A stretch of DNA of 64,000 nt from NCBI GenBank assembly GCA_964016885.1, contig OZ024752.1, forward strand, positions 22,444,001-22,508,000. Direction: 5' to 3'. The translations under genes and the position numbers were made by a program. Source of the stretch: Eledone cirrhosa (Eukaryota). The notes beneath the pieces are model-generated. The model saw nothing but the letters and a program-made list of their open reading frames with translations. It had not been told where the DNA came from and did not search any database. Positions within the stretch are counted from its first letter, which is position 1. Each line of letters opens with the position of its first letter. Below, one piece after another: positions 26,024 to 36,749 of this stretch.

Positions 26024-26203
26024 TCCTTGTTCTATGGCTGACTGACTAATTTTGTGACTTAATAAAATGTCATCATACTAGTAATGCACAATTGTCATTT
26101 TAAAATTTAAATTTTATTAAATAGTTGTTGCTTGCATTGCCTTAAAATAGTAACAAGAATGTACACATACTTTTTAAAAATACATCATTATCAGTCAAAT
26201 CAG

Positions 26204-26563
26204 TCAAATGTCACTAAAAGCCAGGTGGTCGATAACAACTTCTATAAGATTAGTTACATGCTCACACATTGGATCACCTCTCATCAATGGCATTGGGTGT
26301 CTGAGATAATCGTGGATATAACTGATGAAGTCACAAATGAAGTGATGGTCTTCCAGTGTGAACAACTCCCTATATCCATTGATATATGTGATGGCTTCCG
26401 ATTCATAGGTGCATTTTATGAGGAATTCCATGCATCCGATTTTCAGTGATTCAATGGGCATTTTATCAGAGATGATAAGGTATTTGACCACGTTTTGCTT
26501 TGTAAGTAAATTGGAGAGAATCACTGCAGTCAAAGTCATTTCTTTGCATGGGATTTTGTCCAT
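26204..26563 (-). CDS. 119-aa ORF resembling a BACK/SPOP C-terminal helical domain
   Basis: L..NLLTKQNVVKYLIISDK..IESLKIGCMEFL....EAI...NGYRELF fits the L-T-x-E-N-V..L.LAD....LK..C..FI pattern; preceded by a TTTTTAG acceptor-like site. Confidence 0.45.
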   Translation of the reverse strand: MDKIPCKEMTLTAVILSNLLTKQNVVKYLIISDKMPIESLKIGCMEFLIKCTYESEAITYINGYRELFTLEDHHFICDFISYIHDYLRHPMPLMRGDPMCEHVTNLIEVVIDHLAFSDI

Positions 26564-26833
26564 TCTAAAAAGTTAAAATGATAAAGTATTACTACTATAT
26601 AACTTACATCTATTGTAACACCGTTGAAATGCACAAGTTTCACCAATTCACTATTATGCACTAATCATCTCAAATGCATTCATGATTTACTAGCTTTGTC
26701 ATTAAGCCAGTTGCCTCAACTAGATTGCAATTATACTCAAAAGAACTTTAAAATGTCAATCACTTGTCAGTAATTCACTATGATCATTTAATTATTAGAT
26801 AGTTGTTGCTTGCATTGCCTTAAAAAATAGTAG

Positions 26834-27928
26834 ACCAGATAGAAAAATGCGTACAACAAAAAAAAGTAATATTGTTGGAATATAAACCTTTAAAAATACA
26901 GGACAAGAAACTAAGATAAAACTTTAGAAGAATAGGACAAGAAACAAAGATAAAACTTTAAAAGAATAGGACAAGAAACTAAGATAAAACTTTAAAGAAT
27001 TGGACAAGAAATAAAAAAATTTACAATAATATTAGTGGCAAAATTTTTTTATTCGTTTCCTGTGCTATGCCCCAGAATCTTCTTGATTAGTGCATACTAA
27101 TTGTCATGCTCTCATTGTGCGTTGCCCCTGAGCGGTTGGTTCTGGTTGGGGTTGGTTGGCTGATCAGTTCTGCTCCGGCAGAATTACCATTGCAAGAAGA
27201 ATTGGCCGATGCAGCTGCAGGTCTCCTCCAAGAATGCACTTCTGGTCCCGCAAGACTAGACGAAGATGGAGAAGACGACCGGGACAAGATGTCGACTCTG
27301 ACCACCGACTACGGCACCTCCCTCAACCACCGGTCCTCCCTCCCTCTGTCCCGTCATCCCTCCAGTCCTCCTGCTCCCCCTTCCTGTACCAGAAAGCTGT
27401 GGCACGCATTCATCTGGACTGTCGGACTTGAACTTAAGGACAAGATGCAAGGAGAAGATGGGCGGGTTGGTCAAGATCAAGGATGAGCGGGACGACAAGA
27501 CCGTCCGCTGCTGCTCAAGATCTGTGCTCATGGGCCCATGGGTCCATTCACATTATGCATGACACATGAGGCGTGTCGCCGAATGATGAAATAGGGGTAT
27601 GGTTATGGCCCAATTGGTGTTCAAACCAGGATCAAATGATCCCCCCGGTCTGACGACGACCTCTGAATGTGGAACCCAGAGCCAATGAATGTTGAACTCG
27701 ATTTTTTACCAATAAAAATTTTGCCACTAATATTATTGTAACATTTTTTATTTCTTGTCCAATTCTTTAAAGTTTTATCTTAGTTTCTTGTCCTATTCTT
27801 TTAAAGTTTTATCTTAGTTTCTTGTCCTATTCTTTTAAAGTTTTATTTTAGTTTCTTGTCCTGTATTTTTAAAGGTTTATATTCCAACAATATTACTTTT
27901 TTTTGCTGTACGCATTTTTCTATCTGGT
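26834..27928. mobile_element. Foldback-like unit with ~215-bp inverted arms containing ~34-bp subterminal tandem repeats
   Basis: Arms ~26834-27051 and ~27711-27928 are near-perfect reverse complements; unit GGACAAGAAACTAAGATAAAACTTTAAAAGAATA. Confidence 0.85.
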
Positions 27929-28249
27929 ATATATATATATATATATAATTATATATTCGTGTACAGATACTTTTGCATGCACAAAATATAAACAAACGTA
28001 TTTATTTCACGCAGCTCGATAAGGATAAATATATATCAAATATATAAATATATAAATATATATCAAATATATACGAACCCTAGTGCGGACTCTTGTGTCA
28101 TCGACACAGTAGGCGGAATGGGAAAGTGAGGATAACGTAGGGTGTACATTGGGTTTAGAGGTGCTTACTGGCTGTAGGTTTGTATGCAAGGGAAGGCGGG
28201 TCTTCTGTACAATTGCATAATTGCTGGGTAAAAAAGTGAGCAAGGTCAG

Positions 28250-29030
28250 TTTTTATCATCTCATCCCAGGTTTTTCTTGGTCTACACACTCCACACTCCG
28301 TAGTTTCCATCAATTTTCATTTTTTTATACATCTGTCGTCCTTCATATGCATCACATGGTCATACCAACATAATCTCTTCTCCAGAACACAACATTTGAT
28401 AACTTTATTCTTAGTCTCTCTCTCAATTAATTCATGCTTCGCTGTTCGCACACATTACTATTCAGCACACAACACCCAGGTCTCACTACCATGGTAATAT
28501 CGCCGTTCGTATAAAGTATACAATCTGCCTTTCATTTTTAGAGAGAAACCCCTTGTGGCCAACAGCGGTATTAGCTCTCTGAACATTATCCATCCCGTTC
28601 TAACTCTGGCTACTGCACTTTCAGAGAACCCTCCTCCGCTGCTGATTTCGTCACCCAGGTAACAGAAAATGTCTACTATTTCTATAGAACTATCAGATAG
28701 CATCCAGATAGCTACTTACTGCACCTGAGCATCAGCCACATATAAAATCTACAGATAGCTTACCTATGACCCCACTACATGTTTTATGTACCCATAGTTT
28801 GTATTTGGAACAAAAGCTAAGTGGAAGGGTTTACTGTTAGCTAGGTTCTTCTCCTGTTGGAAAAGAGCATCCATGGTACTTTAACCTGGCACAAACCCAA
28901 ACTGCATTTCATCTAGATCAATTCGGTCTCTAATCAGATGAGTAATAACTGTTTTTGTCACTTTCATGACCTGATCAATTAATTTAATGCCCCTATAGTT
29001 TCCTCTACCCAGGGCGTCTTCTTTGCCCTT
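28250..29030 (-). mobile_element. Degenerate RTE LINE fragments
   Basis: KGKEDALGRGNYRGIKLIDQVMKV...DEMQFGFVPG and IEIVDIFCYLGDEIS...HGSETW; related to 10470-13690. Confidence 0.8.
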
Positions 29031-29034
29031 GGAA

Positions 29035-29822
29035 TCAGGAGGACTGAGAGTGAACCTAGATAAGACAAAAGTGTTGAGTAGAAAAGAGGACAAAACTCTG
29101 ATTCCGTCAGGGAAATGGCCATGTTCGATATACAGAAAAAAAACTGGCATAAATTCTATAAAATGTACACAATACAGATCTTGAGTACACAAGAGATGTA
29201 GTGGGATAGCAGGCAAACTAACAGGTAGGGAAAAATACGTATGCAGTAGATATACAGGGAAAGTTGACAGAAGTCGCATTGATAGACACATTTTTTAAAT
29301 GCCGGTACCTAGTTGATCAGATTAGTGTTCTGCGGGTATAATATCTAGAATAAGGTTGGGCTGGAAGAAGTTTAGGGAGCTACTTCCTCTGCTGACGAAA
29401 GGCTAGTTATATGATGCCTGTGTGAGGTACCCGATGCTGCATGGTAGCAACTGCAGAGGATATGTGACAGCTAGAGAGAAATGAGGCAAGCATGGACTGT
29501 TGGATGTGCAATGTCAATGTGCATGGATGTGTTGACAGCAAAACTGTGTTTAAGTGGGATAAGTTGTAGTGTGAGGGAGAGAAGACTGCCATGGTATGGA
29601 CATGTGATGCGCATGGAGGATGACCGCTGGGTAAAGAAGTGCCAAGAAATGCCAGTTAAAGGAAGACGCAGTAGAGGAAAACCACAAAAAACATCAGATA
29701 GCTGGAGCCCACAGTGGAGACGACGAAGGACCATGGCAAGTGGAGAGATGCTGTGCTGAATAGGACCTGTCCCACTCTTGCAAGCAGGGAAAAGTGGACG
29801 TAAAATGATGATGATGATGATG
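29035..29822 (+). mobile_element. RTE LINE 3' fragment with (GAT)n tail
   Basis: Close match to 10470-11380 with small deletions; ends GCAAGCAGGGAAAAGTGGACGTAAAATGATGATG. Confidence 0.88.
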
Positions 29823-29960
29823 ATATATATATCAGAGTTTTGTAGCTTGCTTGAAGCATTGTTGAATAGGAAACACAAATTTAAATTTAGAAAACCAAAC
29901 AATGTGTGAGAAAGACCAATAAAAGATAATAAAAGAATCTTACCATACCAAATTTACTGA

Positions 29961-30000
29961 TCCCAAATATTTTCGGGTTTAAAAACCCATTATCAAGGGA
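29961..30000 (-). ncRNA. Minimal type-I hammerhead ribozyme, C3U/G8A variant
   Basis: Minus strand: TCCC TTGATAA T GGGTTT TT AAACCC GAAA ATAT TT GGGA (stem I TCCC/GGGA; palindromic AATATT stem III). Confidence 0.6.
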
Positions 30001-30353
30001 CTGACTCTGTGAGAGACTTAAAAAATCAATCAGATTGATTTTGCTTGTTTGGAGAAAAAATTTAAGTTAAATGAAATGAAAAGACGTTAAAATTTCAAAT
30101 GTGCAACGTTGTGAAATGTATATATGCATGTGTGTGCGTGAATGTAAGTGTGCTTAGTGGGATGTTTGTATGTGTGAGCATGAATGTAAGTTTATGTAGC
30201 GAAAGGTGTGTGCGAATATGTACATAATAAAAAGAGAAAAATATGTGTGCAATATATGTATGTGTGTGTGAGTCTATGTGTGTTTGCCTAGTGAGGACAT
30301 AGGTTTAATTTGCAAGAAAGAATGAAACTCACTGCTGGGTATATATATATATA

Positions 30354-31770
30354 CTAGCTGAGGTACCTGGCTTCGCCCGGGAGAACAGTTAAGAGAAGAC
30401 AGATAAATGACACAAAATTACTGTATTGGATGTGTTGTCTGGTTTAAAGTATGAGGTGAGATAAGAATGTTTGTGAAAGAGAGACATAAAAAACAATTAT
30501 AAAACTTCCTTATTAGGTCGGGGTAGTAAACTGCCGATTAAATGGTAGCATTGGCCTTGGATTTTAAATGTTGTGATATAACTATAGTCAGTATGATCTT
30601 TTTCAACTCCAAAGGACGTCATCTGAAACTTAGGAATATAAGAAGCATAACATTGCTTCTGTAGTGTTTAGTTTCGTTACTACAGACTGTAAGTAGTATA
30701 TGAATAAATACTGGAGGGTCCTCTATCAGTGGAAGTCTGACCTTTCCTGCTAAGCAACACATGCCAAGTATAATACCCATGCTACCAATCACGACTTTAG
30801 GATCATTTCTATAATTCTTCGATGGATCATATGAAAACACAGCTCTTAACCAGTTTATTCTGCCTTGAAGAGTCGTTTGTGCTTGTCGAGTTTACATGGC
30901 AACTGTTATTACTTCTTGGTGATTTTCATATTGAACCTCTGTTTATTGCAATAGTCTTTCTTCTTGTCTTAATCTTTCTGTTTCCTGTCTCAGGTTCTGT
31001 ACACTTTCAGGAAGTTACGATCGTCTTGTCTTAACCTTCCTGTTTCCCGGCTCATATTCTGAATTAGCTCAATAACAACATGACACTATCCTCAAAAAGA
31101 TAAATTAATAAACACCGTAGATTAATTTCAAATAATATCCATTTTTTCTGTGTTCTGTAAAATCAAAGACTGTAAAACAACTTTATAAAAGCTAACACAA
31201 TATTGTTAAACATCCAACTGATACTTTCATCTATAGTCAGTCTCTCTCTCTCTCTCTCTCTCTAACACTTTAATTGTATCACTCTCTCTCTTTCTCTGTC
31301 TTTCTCTCTTTAGATGTGTGTGTTCGTTATGTCAGTCATCACAGAAATATATTTATACACACATACACTCTCACACTCTCACATACACTCTCACATACAC
31401 ACTCACACACACACTCACATACACTCTCACATACACACACACATACTTGTCAGTCAACACATATGTATATGTGTGTTTAATTCTCTGTGTATCTGATTAA
31501 ATATTTATATGAAGATGTGTATGTTACTAAGGTCTAACGTGCGTAACGGACGCGTCATGTTATAAAATGTTGTTTACTTATAGAAAGATTATTTTAGTTA
31601 AAACGTTATATTGTTTTAATCCAAATGAAAATAAAAATTACATCTTGTTAATCCTGGGGTCAAATACTATTACCTTGTAAAATTTGATTTGATTTGGTTG
31701 AGCTGTTTGAGAATACATAAGGAAGAGACAGACAGACAGACAGAGAGACAAAGAATTTTATATAGAGAGA
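30354..31770 (-). mobile_element. Internally deleted canonical Helitron (HLE1) derivative
   Basis: 3' CCCGGGCGAAGCCAGG hairpin + CTAG|T at 30354; remnant FSYDPSKNY...IGSM...CCLAGKVRLP..DPP and TFKIQGQCYHLIGSLLP; 5' TC-start with (CTGT)n near 31770. Confidence 0.8.
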
Positions 31771-32682
31771 CATGTTGATATATATATGTAATTATTTATA
31801 TATACATGACCATCATCATCATTTAATGTCTGTTTTCACTGGGATGGAATGGTTATCACAGACCAAGTCAGTACTTGAGCAGTACTGACCTCTTGTTTGC
31901 CAGCTTTTCTAAGGCTGGATGTTTTACCTCTTACCAACCACCTTACAGAGTATACTGGATGTATTTTTCATGATACCAGCACTAAAGGGGTTATTGTGTT
32001 ATGGCTGGAGAGTTCTCAAGACATTCCTAATACAGATGATGCTGGGTGTGTTTCGTCATGGCACCAGCACTTGGGAAGTTGCCAGTCATAGATTCACCTT
32101 GACAGGCCCTCACTGATAATAGAGGTAGGAGTTGGTGGGTTCAATGTTGGGAATATGGAGGAGAAAATATGGCATGGGTGTGAGGAGTGGAGAGGGGAGT
32201 GGGTAGTTTCTAATGAGCAATAGTGGCAGGCAACTATTCTCCACTAATCCTTGCACTCCTTTGCTTTCTGTCATGAGATTCTTCTTCCTATGTTTGATCT
32301 TCACTAATTCACCCCATCTCTTGCTAGGTCTAGTATATATATATACGGCTGCACCCTAGGCCTAGAGCCCCTCCCATTCTTCTGTGACCCTAGAACCTTT
32401 GCCTTTCCCTTTCCTATTATGTAGAACGAGAAGAAGAAATTCTTGTTATGGAAAAAACATAATTTTGCTATGAAAAAGTCTGGAGATTAATATTCTTTTC
32501 AGAATAGCCGAATGATTTCCACCTTTATATATATATAATATATATATATATAATATATATATATAATATATCTATATTATATATATATATATAATATATA
32601 TATATATTATATATATATATATAATATATATATAATATATATATATATATAATATATAATATATATATATATATAATATATA

Positions 32683-33000
32683 TGGCTTAGTGGTTAGAGC
32701 ATTGGCCTTGCAATCGAAAGGTTGTGAGTTCAATTCTCAGACCGGGTGATGTGTTGTTTCCTTGAGCAAGACACTTTATTTCACATTGCTCCAGTTTACT
32801 CAGCTGTAGAAATGAGATGATAGGGACTGGGGTCCATATCATTCCACTGCAAAGTGGTCGTGGAGGTACCACGGCAAAAAAGCACCCAGCACTCACTGTA
32901 AATGAGGTTGGTGTTAGGAAGGGAATCCAGCTGTAGAAATCAAGCCAGAATCAGTTCCCGTCCCACCCTTGCAAGCAGGGAAAAGCGGACGTAAAATGAA
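32683..33000 (+). mobile_element. tRNA-derived SINE with an RTE-derived bipartite tail
   Basis: A-box TGGCTTAGTGG, B-box GAGTTCAATTC, core CCTTGAGCAAGACACTTTATTTCACATTGCTCCAG; tail matches both the RTE leader (13600-13680) and the RTE 3' end (10485-10525). Confidence 0.85.
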
Positions 33001-33378
33001 AAAATATATATCCTAAACGGACGGTAGTCCATTTAGTAATATTGTTGTGGTCGTGTTTTCGTTGGCAATCGTCTGTTTACGACAGTACAGCGCGGCTCTA
33101 CTTTATTTAACTGAGATAAAACTTATATGAGCATGAACAGTAGATCATTACACATCTTTTGGCTTAAAAATCTAGAAATTTGGTCCAGCGGGAAAAAGTT
33201 TATAATCAAAGTTTGTTGATAAATCTTGTGTTCAAGTGAGAGAGTAGTAAGCGTGACGCTAGGGGAGGTAATTACGAGGTAATTACAAGGGGAGGTAATC
33301 TAATATATTTCAAATTGTATTTTTAACTAAATTCATTTATCGTAGTCTAATATTTTTAAAATAGGTGAGTGCTCAATA

Positions 33379-34435
33379 GGGAGCTAAGTATATGTTTTGT
33401 TTATTCCGTTACTTATTTGCATAGGTAAGTATATATTACCCGTATGTTTTGTGAAGGTATGTATACCTTCTCGTACGTATATTTGACTGTTATGGCGTAT
33501 AATTTTTACATATTCTGGTATTTAGGGTTTGGCTATGTGTATACGGGAGTTTTGCGTCTGCGTGAGTATGCAGTATCGTACGTATGGTGGGTGTGTGTAT
33601 ATGTGTACTTCTTGTTTTGGTTGACTTACGTCTCCGAACATTCGTGTATTTATTTGTAGGTATGTGTGTGCGCTTGTTATATACGTATTTATTTACTTAT
33701 ATACGTTTATATAATTATTTATTTATTTGTACACAAGCATACACACACACACATATTTATATGTGCGTGGTTTTGTATACCTATGGTAAGGTTTTGCGTA
33801 TGCTTGTGTATGTACGTATCTGTTTGCGTGTATGTATTTATTTGTTTCTATTACTTCTGTATTGTATTTATTTACTTTGTTCTTAACTCTGTAGCGGAGA
33901 TTCATTTGGTCTCCTAGTTAGAATTTTAGTCTACAACTTCTGCTATACCATTTACGTGGTTTTGTCTTTGCGTGCTATTTTTCTCCACGCTCCACATATG
34001 ACTTATTATCTTCGTTTTTTTGTTCATCACCAGAAAACGTCTCTATGCACCACTTAAGAGAACATTAGTCTACGACCTCTTTTATACCATAAACGTGGTT
34101 CTGTCTTTGCGCGTAATTGTTTTTCACCGCTCCTATTAATGACGTATTATTCGTTTTTTCCCGTTCTTTGCCAGCGAACGTTTCTACGAACCAAAGTATC
34201 GTCTTCCTGTCTTCCTCCGGTTGCAACGTTTTTTTGAAATATCCAGTTCTGCGTTTACAGATTGACTTTGTTAGTTTCAGAAGATCCCGTTAAGGGTGAA
34301 AGCAGCGATTCTTTGCTTAAACTTTAATCTGTTATTTTAATAAATATTTGCTCTACGGTTCTTATATATTTGATATATATTTTCCTTATCGAGCCCTCTT
34401 TGGATTTTAGTCTTCAATTTTATTATTATTACTAT
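33379..34435 (+). mobile_element. Penelope-like element 3' non-coding region/pseudo-LTR (solo copy)
   Basis: Near-identical to 40225-41285, which follows the PLE ORF. Confidence 0.88.
34273..34323 (+). ncRNA. Type-I hammerhead-like motif with U4A core (CAGAAGA)
   Basis: AGTTT CAGAAGA TCCC GTTAA GGGT GAAA GCA...TGC TT AAACT; further copies at 41118-41168 (+), 42833-42883 (-), 45866-45916 (+) and 48152-48202 (-). Confidence 0.55.
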
Positions 34436-34554
34436 ATATATATATATATAGTTTAGGGATTGTAACACCAAGTTACTGTTGGTTCACCAAAATGAGGACT
34501 CGCTGTGTAGTCTCCAGAATGTATTTTGGGGCTGTACTAAGCAGAGTGTAATAG

Positions 34555-34735
34555 TAATAATTGTTTCTACTTTTGGCACAAGGTCAGCAATTATCCCAGT
34601 GCATTACTGGTACTTTATTTTATCGACCCCGAAAGGATGAAAGGCAAAGTTAACCTCGACGGGAGTTGAACTCAGACCGTAAAGGGGTGTAACTCTATGC
34701 TGCAAAGCATGACGTCCGACCATCTCCCGATACTA
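34555..34735 (-). mobile_element. tRNA-derived SINE (Nin/Deu-like core)
   Basis: Same family as 59182-59368. Confidence 0.85.
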
Positions 34736-35084
34736 ATAAGTGTGGATGAGGTGTCAAATTTTCATTAAGTTTATTCAGGTGTGACACACGTTTCACGACT
34801 GATCAGCTCAAGGTTCCATCTCTATTGATCAGGCCCGACTCTGGAATGAAAAGCTCATCAAACTTCTGTTTGCTGATGTAAGCAAACAAGCACAATGTGT
34901 GTGTGTGTGCTTGTTTTCTTATAGCCTATAACATAACAGTCTGACAAAAAGAGATTGGTTAAATAACTACTGGGGTTGATATGACCAACTAAATAAATCT
35001 GTTGAATGTGATATATCATCATGGCTATTGTCCAATAACTGAAACCAATAAAAACAACCACAGAATGTTGTGTAAATATATAAT

Positions 35085-35269
35085 TGTTTCTACTTTAGGC
35101 ACAAGGCCAGCAATTATCCAGTGCATTACTGGTACTTTATTTTATCGACCCCGTAAGGATGAAAGGCAAAATCAACCTCGGCGGGATTTGAACTCAGATT
35201 GTAAAGGGACGTAACTATGCTGGAAAGCATGGCGTCCGACCCTCTACCGATACTGCCAATCCACCGCCC
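35085..35269 (-). mobile_element. Full-length tRNA-derived SINE with 17-bp TSD
   Basis: TTGTGTAAATATATAAT at 35068-35084 and 35270-35286; A/B boxes and core as in the other copies. Confidence 0.9.
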
Positions 35270-35741
35270 TTGTGTAAATATATAATGGTGACAACTCTCA
35301 CATCTCTCACTTCTTCTGTTATTGGTTGAGCATATCTGTTAGTTTTGCTGATTCTCGGGATTGGAAATAACCTGAAATAAAAAACAAAAATTAACACGAG
35401 ACAAAACATACCATCCCTACACTAAAACCTGGTCCACTGTGCTATTATATATATACTAGAAATTTTTCAACATGCTGACGCATATGTGTGTATGTGCATA
35501 TGCATACATTTATATATATGAGTATACGAATATAAACATGCAAACACAGACACACTTACAAAATTACACACTCACAGACATACATTCACACAAATACACA
35601 CACACACATTGTGGAAGTTGCTCAAATTTATATATATATATACATATATATATAAATTTATATAACAAAGGAATTGTGGTAAGGAACCAGATGGACCATA
35701 ACGCACCAGAGTACTCAATACTTAGTGTAGTAGAGTGGGAA

Positions 35742-35873
35742 ATAGGAAAAAGTATGACCCCGACGGCAGAGCTCAAGCCGTTTCGACGGCTATTTCTGGA
35801 CTGAAATACATCAGTCCAGAAATCGCCGTCGAAACGGCTTGACCTCTGCCGTCAGGGTCATACTTTTTCCTAT
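35742..35873. repeat. Near-perfect hairpin with 63-bp arms and a 6-nt loop
   Basis: Arms 35742-35804 and 35811-35873 differ at 3 positions; loop AATACA. Confidence 0.92.
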
Positions 35874-36749
35874 ATATATATACACACTCGTATATATACA
35901 CACCCTATATATACACACCCGTATTCGACCTCCCACCACACACACACACACCAGTATATTACCCTCACTCATACTGTACTCAGCACCGTCTCTCTCTCCC
36001 CCTGTACAGCCCCCCCCCCATCCTACTAACACCTCCACTAATATACACACAACCCCCCACACACACCGCCACCCTCTCCCTCAACTTTTCCCACTAACCC
36101 TCCTCTTCTCCTGTCCACCCCGCCTCACACACATACAGACAACCCCTACCACTTGCTTGTCTGTCATCCTCCTTACTACTATCTCCTCTCTCTTGCATCC
36201 TTCACCCTGCCCCCTCCACCGCCTGCCTAGACCTTCTTGACCATTTCATGTTGCGCGTGCACCCCACAACTCTCTATTTCCTCCGCACCATCTCACGGGT
36301 TCTACCCCACTGGTCACACGCTCCAGACATCCACCCTCTTATACTTGCATTTTTCACCATCTCTTCATACACTCACCGGGAAAACATTCAGGAACACACA
36401 CACACAAACACTTACACTATTTTCGCACACACGCAACCATACGCTCCCACGTATCCACACCACACACACGGGCATATCCTCACATACACATACTCGGCCT
36501 CCAGACTCTGCACGCCCCTCCCCCCTCTCCATCCACACGTACACACACACTGACTTACACCCCATGTACACACTGGTTTTCCTATTACCCGAACATGGAA
36601 CCTCGTTCTTCCCCAAACTCTCACACCACATCCACACACACCACCTTCTGCCCTCCACACCTGGATCTCCTCGCTCCCCTTAACCCCCCCCCTAATGTCT
36701 TTCCACCACTCCTCCTCACACCCTCGGAACTCTTTCCCTTCCCACCTTT

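Larger units (their letters stand above)
17603..27927 (+). mobile_element. Helentron/HLE2-type rolling-circle transposon with cargo genes (boundaries inferred)
   Basis: Rep-helicase-USP ORFs, a spliced NADAR-SGNH gene and a BACK-like ORF lie between identical inverted 31-bp sequences TACCAGATAGAAAAATGCGTACAGCAAAAAA (17601-17631 and 27899-27929). Confidence 0.65.

Noticed and set aside
26608-26760. Upstream BTB exon for the BACK-like ORF
   Set aside because: The phase-compatible frame has a TAG just before the donor and no BTB motif is visible.
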